Shown: positions 1-4,783 of the stretch, piece by piece | Numbering within the stretch: position 1 is the stretch's first letter | Layout of the letters: each line of letters starts with the position of its first letter | Source: a virus | Lineage: Duplodnaviria; Heunggongvirae; Uroviricota; Caudoviricetes | DNA length: 5,121 nucleotides | Strand: one strand, 5' to 3' | Virus record (IMG/VR): IMGVR_UViG_2671180669_000005 | Location: 1 to 5,121 of that record | Translations under genes and position numbers: made by a program | The notes under the pieces: generated by a model | What the model was told of the DNA's origin: nothing | What the model saw: only the letters and a program-made list of their open reading frames with translations | Database searches by the model: none

Positions 1-130
1 TCAGGGTATAAGGGGTTATGGCCACCGGACTACCAAACGGCTGCCAGCCCTCTTTCAGTTTATGTGTCAGCTTTTCCGCAAGATCTGACGGCGACGCCGC
101 CCTGACAACATCATAGTGTTTAAATGCCAT
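1..130 (-). CDS. Small hypothetical phage protein, 5' part only (ORF continues past the left edge of the window)
   Basis: ATG at 130..128 opens a frame that stays open to position 2 (MAFKHYDVVRAASPSDLAEKLTHKLKEGWQPFGSPVAITPYTL...). A purine-rich GGTGGAAAG sits 4-12 nt upstream. It lies downstream, in the late direction, of the Q / methylase / tRNA block, where lambdoid phages carry small ORFs ahead of the lysis cassette. Not in the supplied ORF track because no stop lies in the window. Family not assigned. Confidence 0.4.
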   Translation of the reverse strand, partial: MAFKHYDVVRAASPSDLAEKLTHKLKEGWQPFGSPVAITPYTL

Positions 131-390
131 GGTTCTTTCCACCATCTGAAAAATGATTCTTTAAAATACCTGACATGTAATACAGAAAAAACACAAAACC
201 ATACCTTAAATAAAAACCTCATCATCAAGCAGATATGCATGGATAAACTACAAGACGAGATATAAACCACCCTGCATTTAAATAAACAATAAACAACATC
301 AGAAAAATAATTCTGCTCTATGGTTTACATTCAAAAATATCATTTATACTTTTCAGAACATCACCAGCAAGGCATAAACAAGGAAACTAA

Positions 391-726
391 ATGAAGTGGA
401 TTGTGATTGATACAGTTATCCAGCCATCATGCGGAATATCTTTTTCAGTCATATGGAGTAAAATAAAATTAATAATCTGGTATCAATCGGATGCTTTCTT
501 ACCTCCTGAAAGTATATTTACACTGACTCACACAGGCATCATGCTCAATAACAAAGTGCTACCTGTAACCATTTACAACGTAGTACCATTCAATAAAACA
601 TTCTGGAATTTAATCAAAAACAGCCAGGAATGCCCTACAAATACAGATAACGTATTGAATGAATGCTTTAATAACCGTTGCACTCTGCAAATATGTCCTT
701 ATGGGCTAAAACAACAAAGTCCATAA
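391..726 (+). CDS. Hypothetical protein, AT-rich moron-like ORF (111 aa, 7 Cys, rich in I/N/K)
   Basis: Complete ORF with AGGA 6 nt upstream of the ATG (381-384). GC content is visibly lower than the flanking phage genes. It is opposite in orientation to the late operon and lies between the tRNA block and the downstream late genes, the slot where lambdoid phages carry morons. No recognisable motif; could still be a chance ORF in AT-rich DNA. Confidence 0.35.
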   Translation: MKWIVIDTVIQPSCGISFSVIWSKIKLIIWYQSDAFLPPESIFTLTHTGIMLNNKVLPVTIYNVVPFNKTFWNLIKNSQECPTNTDNVLNECFNNRCTLQICPYGLKQQSP

Positions 727-746
727 GGAGTTTACTCACATCTGAC

Positions 747-782
747 AAAATCAATATAAACAGCCCCTCCGGAGAGGGGCTG
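747..782 (-). terminator. Rho-independent terminator candidate (9-bp perfect stem CAGCCCCTC / GAGGGGCTG, 4-nt loop)
   Basis: Perfect inverted repeat at 761-769 / 774-782 with loop CGGA. On the minus strand the hairpin is followed by TTTATATTGATTTTG (U-rich). On the plus strand the hairpin is followed by GAGAGTGG, so it is oriented for minus-strand transcripts, i.e. the tRNA cluster. Confidence 0.5.
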
Positions 783-1017
783 GAGAGTGGCGCTATGTGC
801 CATTGCATGGTGCCGGGTGCCTCCCGGTGAATTCAGTACCAGCACCTGAATCCGCGATTATCCCATATACCTACTCGCTGATTGCCCCTCCGCACAGGGG
901 GATTCACCATGCCAGTTTCTTTTAACAAACTCCCCGCAAACCAGACAACAGTCAACCGCCTGAATTGTGAGACATTTAAAAAAAAGGCCCACAAAAGCGA
1001 GCCAGGGAAAATAAGTG

Positions 1018-1094
1018 TGGCGCGTTGTACTGGATTCGAACCAGTGACCGATTGCTTAGAAGGCAATTGCTCTGTCCGGCTGAGCTAACAACGC
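1018..1094 (-). tRNA. tRNA-Arg (anticodon TCT, reads AGA/AGG)
   Basis: Reverse complement folds as a cloverleaf: acceptor GCGTTGT/ACAACGC, D-stem GCTC/GAGC, anticodon stem ATTGC/GCAAT with loop CTTCTAA, T-arm ACTGG-TTCGAAT-CCAGT, discriminator G, encoded CCA. 77 nt. Comparable to the rare-codon tRNA triplet (ileZ-argN-argO) between Q and stx in 933W-type phages (from memory). Confidence 0.85.
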
Positions 1095-1107
1095 ATGATG
1101 CAGATAA

Positions 1108-1184
1108 TGGACCGCCATCGGGGACTTGAACCCCGCGCAACCAGCTTCGAAGGCTGGCGCTCTTTCCTGATGAGCTAATGGCGG
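1108..1184 (-). tRNA. tRNA-Arg (anticodon TCG, reads CGA)
   Basis: Reverse complement: acceptor CCGCCAT/ATGGCGG (7 perfect pairs), D-stem GCTC/GAGC, anticodon stem CCAGC/GCTGG with loop CTTCGAA, T-arm CGGGG-TTCAAGT-CCCCG, discriminator T, encoded CCA. 77 nt. C1 at the 5' end is unusual but all four stems are perfect. Confidence 0.75.
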
Positions 1185-1191
1185 TATGTGA

Positions 1192-1267
1192 TGGTGGCCC
1201 TTGCTGGATTTGAACCAGCGACCTGGCGATTATGAGTCGCTCGCTCTCACCACTGAGCTAAAGGGCC
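1192..1267 (-). tRNA. tRNA with CAT anticodon (Ile2-lysidine type or Met; ileZ-like)
   Basis: Reverse complement: acceptor GGCCCTT/AAGGGCC, D-arm TAGCTCAGTGGTGAGAGC, anticodon loop CTCATAA, T-arm GCTGG-TTCAAAT-CCAGC, discriminator A, encoded CCA. 76 nt. Ile versus Met cannot be decided from sequence alone. Confidence 0.8.
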
Positions 1268-1316
1268 GGGAGCAGAATAATAATGGTGCGTAATTAATTC
1301 TGCAATCTCATCCGTT

Positions 1317-2366
1317 TCAAACGATTAAATCCTGAACTTCCCTGACTGTCTGCTCAAAACGTCCGGTCTCCAGTTCAACGCCAATCGCACGACGCCCGAG
1401 CGCCAGTGCCGCTTTTACCGTTGAACCTGAGCCCATAAAAAAATCTGCAACCAGGTCTCCCGGACGACTGCTTGCGCTGATTATCTGCTGCAGCATTTCT
1501 GCCGGTTTTTCGCACGGATGTTTCCCGGGATAGAACTGCACCGGTTTATGTGTCCACACATCCGTGTACGGCACCTGCGCCGTCACACCAAAATACCGCC
1601 GCAGATGCTTATATTCACTCTGCAGCTCCACATACTGCCGGTTCAGTGACGTATACGTATCCACCAGCTGGTGGTGGGGCTTTTCCAGTTCACCGCGCTG
1701 ATGTTTCTCTTCTGCCACCCGGGCAAACAGCGACTGTAATTTCAGATAATCGCTTTCGTTCGGTAGCTGCCACTGACTGGCACTGAACCAGTGCGACACC
1801 ATGTTTTTCTTTCCTGTGGCATCTGCAATCTGTTTTGCCGTTATCCCCAGGGCAGCTCGCGCATCACGAAAGTAAGAAATCAGCGGGGCCATCACATGCT
1901 GTTTCAGTGCACTGCCCTTCGCCGCATACCCGGCATCTTTCGGACGATACGGCCCCTGATAATGTTCCGCGAACAGAATGCGCTCTGTGGCGGGGAAATA
2001 CGCCCGCAGGCTTTCCTTGTTGCATCCGTTCCAGCGTCCGGACGGCTTCGCCCAGATAATATGGTTCAGCACACTGAAGCGTTCACGCATCATGATTTCG
2101 ATATCAGATGCCAGGCGATGACCACAGAACAGGTAAAGACTTCCGGCAGGTTTCAGCACCCGCCAGAACTGCGCCAGACACTGGTCCAGCCACTTCAGGT
2201 AATCATCGTCGCCCTTCCACTGGTTATCCCAGCCCTCAGGCTTCACTTTAAAGTACGGCGGGTCCGTGACTATCAGGTCAACAGAATTTTCGGGTAACGA
2301 CCGGATAAATTCCAGGCAGTCGGCGTTGATTAACTCACAACTGGATATTTTTACAGTATTAAGCAT
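1317..2366 (-). CDS. Beta-class N6-adenine (possibly N4-cytosine) DNA methyltransferase, CcrM-like fold, no cognate restriction gene in the window (apparent orphan)
   Basis: 349-aa ORF. N-terminal motif IV SVDLIVTDPPY with the preceding LINADCLEFIRSLPENSVDL closely resembling the CcrM N-terminus (from memory). HPCEKP is the beta-class HPxxKP motif. C-terminal AdoMet motif I DLVADFFMGSGST. Motif order IV then I defines the beta class. The central segment LGITAKQIADATGKKNMVSHW looks like a helix-turn-helix insertion. No Shine-Dalgarno is evident upstream of the ATG. Confidence 0.9.
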   Translation of the reverse strand: MLNTVKISSCELINADCLEFIRSLPENSVDLIVTDPPYFKVKPEGWDNQWKGDDDYLKWLDQCLAQFWRVLKPAGSLYLFCGHRLASDIEIMMRERFSVLNHIIWAKPSGRWNGCNKESLRAYFPATERILFAEHYQGPYRPKDAGYAAKGSALKQHVMAPLISYFRDARAALGITAKQIADATGKKNMVSHWFSASQWQLPNESDYLKLQSLFARVAEEKHQRGELEKPHHQLVDTYTSLNRQYVELQSEYKHLRRYFGVTAQVPYTDVWTHKPVQFYPGKHPCEKPAEMLQQIISASSRPGDLVADFFMGSGSTVKAALALGRRAIGVELETGRFEQTVREVQDLIV

Positions 2367-2458
2367 GGATCATTAAGCCTGTCTCTGATAGGCTCATTCT
2401 GCTTTTGCGCAAAGCAGTGGGCCTGAGGTTTGCTTGTGAACCCAACGCATGAGCAGAT

Positions 2459-2489
2459 GGCTGGTGGGTGCCCCTAACACCCACCAGCC
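2459..2489 (-). other. 12-bp perfect inverted repeat / stem-loop in the methyltransferase leader (copy 1)
   Basis: GGCTGGTGGGTG (2459-2470), 7-nt spacer, CACCCACCAGCC (2478-2489). No U-tract on either strand, so it is not an intrinsic terminator. Candidate RNA structure or a dimeric-protein operator. Confidence 0.5.
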
Positions 2490-2502
2490 GCCCATTTACC
2501 AC

Positions 2503-2530
2503 AAATAAAAAAGCCTTCACTGCGGAAGGC
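2503..2530 (-). terminator. Rho-independent terminator at the 3' end of the winged-helix gene (copy 1)
   Basis: Minus strand reads GCCTTC-CGCAGT-GAAGGC followed by TTTTTTATTTG. The gene's TGA stop lies inside the hairpin. Confidence 0.6.
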
Positions 2531-2714
2531 GTCTGTAACAACCGAACTGATAGTCTGCCAGACCCGCCATAACCAGCTGGGTCAGTATTAACTGGCAGCG
2601 TTCGCGTGAAAGGTAAGTATTCTGCGCTATCTCCCCGACTGTCGCCGGTTCGGTAACGCTTAATTCATTAAACACCACTCTGGCGGTTTCTGTCATATCC
2701 TGCTGTTTTAGCAT
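2517..2714 (-). CDS. Small winged-helix / HTH protein (65 aa), PapI/FaeA-like architecture (tentative), copy 1
   Basis: Encodes the same 65 aa as copy 2 (MLKQQDMTETARVVFNELSVTEPATVGEIAQNTYLSRERCQLILTQLVMAGLADYQFGCYRRLPQ). Start placed at ATG 2714..2712, which has AGGGA about 8 nt upstream. The supplied 94-aa ORF (2517..2801) is an upstream frame extension created by a 2-nt indel and is probably not translated. Confidence 0.55.
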   Translation of the reverse strand: MLKQQDMTETARVVFNELSVTEPATVGEIAQNTYLSRERCQLILTQLVMAGLADYQFGCYRRLPQ

Positions 2715-2836
2715 GTCTTTTTCCCTTTTCCGGTTAACGTGACACACCAATAACTCTTGTCGAAAAAGCCAGCAAGCTGAAAGACAGGTATTCACCGCCA
2801 CCAGCGCGTTTACTGTACTGACGCGATTTCAGTCAT

Positions 2837-2860
2837 AAAAAACCCGCCAGGCGGCGGGGT
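2837..2860 (-). terminator. tR'-like intrinsic terminator (copy 1)
   Basis: Minus strand reads CCCGCC-GCCT-GGCGGG followed by TTTTTT. About 40 nt downstream of the AACGAT pause element of PR' copy 1. Confidence 0.6.
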
Positions 2861-2895
2861 GTAAAAAATCTTCTAACGTCAGGCATAAAACGCCC

Positions 2896-2935
2896 ATCGT
2901 TAGAGCAAATTTACCACAGATTCGGGAAAAATCAA
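2896..2935 (-). promoter_or_regulatory. PR'-like late promoter with qut-type pause element (copy 1)
   Basis: Minus strand: -35 TTGATT (2935..2930), 16-nt spacer, extended -10 TGgTAAATT (-10 at 2913..2908), then tgctct AACGATGGGCG (AACGAT at 2901..2896). The -10 TAAATT and downstream AACGATGGG match the lambda PR'/qut arrangement as I recall it. Confidence 0.55.
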
Positions 2936-2940
2936 CAACA

Positions 2941-3359
2941 CTATCGCGTTACCCTCTTTAACTGCCGCTCCGCCCATGCCTCTTCAATGTCAAACCGAAC
3001 CACCAACGTATCGTAAAAGCGTTTCACTGATTTTTTCCACGTATCAAGCGTGATAGCACTCGTCACTTTGCATATGGCATTAAATGCCTCCGTTGATGGC
3101 AGCCTTTCACAGCCACGACCACCACAACGCTGGCAGTCTCTGATAACAGGCATACCACGTTTTACCGACTCTTCACGATGAATGGCGACACCACGCCCAC
3201 GGCAATCCTTACAGGCGGTGGAAACCTCACCCTTTCCGCCACACTCCGGACAGGCAACTTTTACCACCTCCCGATTTTTTTTCCATTCTTCCCAGTAAGA
3301 CGGATACACACCTTTCGTACACTTTGCCCATACCGGCGGCTTACCATCCGGATACTGGA
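2941..3359 (-). pseudogene. Q' : 3' fragment of an antiterminator Q gene (about 139 codons), lacking the N-terminal half
   Basis: Frame ends at TAG 2943..2941 and aligns to Q residues from QYPDGKPPVW to the C-terminal VTR, with about 14 aa substitutions concentrated in the last ~50 residues. It begins at the duplication junction with no ATG (the supplied ORF starts at a TTG at 3363). The duplicated methyltransferase ATG (3389..3387) reads into it out of frame, giving a 42-aa chimeric ORF (3261..3389). Confidence 0.65.
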
Positions 3360-3481
3360 ACAACTGGATATTTTTACAGTATTAAGCATGGATCATTAAG
3401 CCTGTCTCTGATAGGCTCATTCTGCTTTTGCGCAAAGCAGTGGGCCTGAGGTTTGCTTGTGAACCCAACGCATGAGCAGAT

Positions 3482-3512
3482 GGCTGGTGGGTGCCCCTAA
3501 CACCCACCAGCC
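3482..3512 (-). other. 12-bp perfect inverted repeat / stem-loop (copy 2)
   Basis: Identical to 2459-2489: GGCTGGTGGGTG, 7-nt spacer, CACCCACCAGCC. Confidence 0.5.
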
Positions 3513-3525
3513 GCCCATTTACCAC

Positions 3526-3553
3526 AAATAAAAAAGCCTTCACTGCGGAAGGC
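3526..3553 (-). terminator. Rho-independent terminator at the 3' end of the winged-helix gene (copy 2)
   Basis: Same hairpin GCCTTC-CGCAGT-GAAGGC plus TTTTTTATTTG on the minus strand; the stop codon is in the loop. Confidence 0.6.
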
Positions 3554-3737
3554 GTCTGTAACAACCGAACTGATAGTCTGCCAGACCCGCCATAACCAGC
3601 TGGGTCAGTATTAACTGGCAGCGTTCGCGTGAAAGGTAAGTATTCTGCGCTATCTCCCCGACTGTCGCCGGTTCGGTAACGCTTAATTCATTAAACACCA
3701 CTCTGGCGGTTTCTGTCATATCCTGCTGTTTTAGCAT
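3540..3737 (-). CDS. Small winged-helix / HTH protein (65 aa), PapI/FaeA-like architecture (tentative), copy 2
   Basis: ORF with AAGGA 6 nt upstream of the ATG. Predicted helix - turn (EPATVGEIAQNT) - recognition helix (RERCQLILTQLVMAGL), consistent with a small winged-helix regulator. The EPxT...IA...LS...LLT...G spacing resembles PapI/FaeA as I recall it. Protein is identical in both copies while the upstream non-coding DNA carries an indel. Confidence 0.6.
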   Translation of the reverse strand: MLKQQDMTETARVVFNELSVTEPATVGEIAQNTYLSRERCQLILTQLVMAGLADYQFGCYRRLPQ

Positions 3738-3857
3738 GTCTTTTCCTTTTCCGGTTAACGTGACACACCAATAACTCTTGTCGAAAAAGCCAGCAAGCTG
3801 AAAGACAGGTATTCACCGCCACCAGCGCGTTTACTGTACTGACGCGATTTCAGTCAT

Positions 3858-3880
3858 AAAAAACCCGCTCGGCGGCGGGT
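3858..3880 (-). terminator. tR'-like intrinsic terminator (copy 2)
   Basis: Minus strand reads CCCGC-CGCCGA-GCGGG followed by TTTTTT. Shorter stem than copy 1. Confidence 0.55.
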
Positions 3881-3916
3881 TGTAGAAACTCTTCTAACGT
3901 CAGGCATAAAACGCCC

Positions 3917-3956
3917 ATCGTTATGACGAATTTACCACAGATTCCGGAAAAATCAA
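3917..3956 (-). promoter_or_regulatory. PR'-like late promoter with qut-type pause element, immediately downstream of Q (copy 2)
   Basis: Minus strand: -35 TTGATT (3956..3951), 16-nt spacer, TGgTAAATT (-10 at 3934..3929), cgtcat AACGATGGGCG (AACGAT at 3922..3917). Starts 6 nt after the Q stop codon. Confidence 0.6.
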
Positions 3957-3961
3957 CCTTG

Positions 3962-4783
3962 TTACCTAGTTACCTTTTTTAACTGCCGCTCAGCCCATGC
4001 TTCTTCAATATCAAACCGGGTCACCAGCGCATCATAAAATTTCTTAACTGTTTTTTCCCATGACGCGCGTGTTATCTGGTTTGTCACCTCGCATATAGCA
4101 TTAAATGCCTCCGTTGATGGTAGTCTTTCATAGCCACGACCACCACAACGCTGGCAGTCTCTGATAACAGGCATACCACGTTTTACCGACTCTTCACGAT
4201 GAATGGCGACACCACGCCCACGGCAATCCTTACAGGCGGTGGAAACCTCACCCTTTCCGCCACACTCCGGACAGGCAACTTTTACCACCTCCCTGACTTT
4301 TTTCCATTCTTCCCAGTAAGACGGATACACACCTTTCGTACACTTTGCCCATACCGGCGGCTTACCATCCGGATACTGGATCTTGTTTGTAAAAACCTCG
4401 CTTTCAATAAATTTTTTTCCGTGACAGCAGGGGCACTGTTTTTTGCTCGCCGCGCTACGGGCATAATCTTCAAACGCATACGAAGCCATAATACGCATCA
4501 CTGCCGGTTTTATTTCTGCCGGGAGTTTTCTTAACGCCGCCACGCGATCACACCGACTGAGTGCATATTCTGTCAGCAATTCTGTTGCCCGCTCTCTGTC
4601 ATTCATACTAATGCCCATTTTCCCAAGGAACGCAGAAAACCCCATCTCAGCCCGATTCTGTGTCATGCCCTGCGCGGCCATCACATCAGTGATACTCAGC
4701 GCATCTTTCGACGTTGAGGCCGATGCATCAGTCAGGCCGGGGGATTTTGGGGAGTAGTATTTCGGTAAATCTTCCAGTTTCAT
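3962..4783 (-). CDS. Q: Late-gene antiterminator Q, lambda-Q family, with an enlarged zinc-binding region (four CxxCxGxG-type motifs)
   Basis: 273 aa. Shares with lambda Q (recalled sequence) SPKSP near the N-terminus, DVMAA.GM, YA..DY.RSAA, CxxCHG, C.RCxGxGY.R.PS, W..TVK..YDALV and a C-terminal VTR. Contains CPCCHGKK, CPECGGKG, CKDCRGRG and CQRCGGRG. Start ATG overlaps the rusA stop (ATGA). Followed directly by a PR'/qut-like promoter. Confidence 0.85.
   Translation of the reverse strand: MKLEDLPKYYSPKSPGLTDASASTSKDALSITDVMAAQGMTQNRAEMGFSAFLGKMGISMNDRERATELLTEYALSRCDRVAALRKLPAEIKPAVMRIMASYAFEDYARSAASKKQCPCCHGKKFIESEVFTNKIQYPDGKPPVWAKCTKGVYPSYWEEWKKVREVVKVACPECGGKGEVSTACKDCRGRGVAIHREESVKRGMPVIRDCQRCGGRGYERLPSTEAFNAICEVTNQITRASWEKTVKKFYDALVTRFDIEEAWAERQLKKVTR

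Larger units (their letters stand above)
2337..3359. repeat. Tandem direct repeat, copy 1 (1023 bp)
   Basis: 2337-2840 is near-identical to 3360-3860 (offset 1023, then 1021 after a 2-nt indel near 2715-2725). 2845-3120 versus 3866-4141 is clearly diverged with many substitutions. 3121-3359 versus 4142-4380 is again near-identical. The junction is at 3359/3360, with ACTGGA present on both sides. Confidence 0.9.
3360..4380. repeat. Tandem direct repeat, copy 2 (1021 bp)
   Basis: See copy 1. This copy holds the 3' 419 bp of the intact Q gene, PR'/tR', winged-helix gene copy 2, the hairpin leader, and a duplicate of the first 27 nt of the methyltransferase gene (ATG at 3389..3387). Confidence 0.9.

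Noticed and set aside
67-270. 67-aa minus-strand ORF
   Set aside because: Overlaps the better-supported partial ORF at 1..130 in another frame, and its product is low-complexity.
1-1000. Shiga-toxin or other toxin genes downstream of the tRNA triplet
   Set aside because: No ORF of appropriate size or orientation follows the tRNAs within the window; only the AT-rich reverse-oriented ORF and a small partial ORF are present.
786-1017. Possible fourth tRNA or tRNA remnant between the terminator and tRNA-Arg(TCT)
   Set aside because: There are short hairpins (for example ATTCAG / CTGAAT), but I could not fold a cloverleaf with a T-loop and acceptor stem. Left unannotated.
833-1088. ORFs 833..1066 (-) and 882..1088 (+)
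   Set aside because: Both overlap the Arg-TCT tRNA gene and its flanks, and neither has a convincing RBS.
1550-2297. Plus-strand ORFs 1550..1786, 1791..2297 and 1835..2059 (74-168 aa)
   Set aside because: They lie antisense within the well-supported methyltransferase gene and have Pro/Arg/Ala/His-rich low-complexity products typical of antisense frames in GC-rich coding DNA.
2359-2541. 60-aa minus-strand ORF (duplicated at 3382..3564) spanning the hairpin leader
   Set aside because: It overlaps the winged-helix stop and terminator and the methyltransferase start, and its middle is encoded by the 12-bp inverted repeat. The composition looks like translated structured RNA. Preferred interpretation is a non-coding leader.
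2517-2801. 94-aa version of the winged-helix ORF in copy 1
   Set aside because: The N-terminal extension exists only because a 2-nt indel opens the upstream frame. Copy 2 shows the conserved start at the internal ATG with an RBS, and the extension runs through the terminator-distal UTR with no RBS.
2337-4380. Possibility that the repeat is a CRISPR array or an IS / transposon pair
   Set aside because: Only two copies, each about 1 kb, directly abutting with no spacers. The content is ordinary phage genes and regulatory sites, with no terminal inverted repeats or transposase.
3178-4534. ORFs 3178..3399 (+), 4199..4534 (+) and 4282..4479 (-)
   Set aside because: Antisense or out-of-frame overlaps of Q and Q'. 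The duplicated occurrence simply mirrors the repeat.
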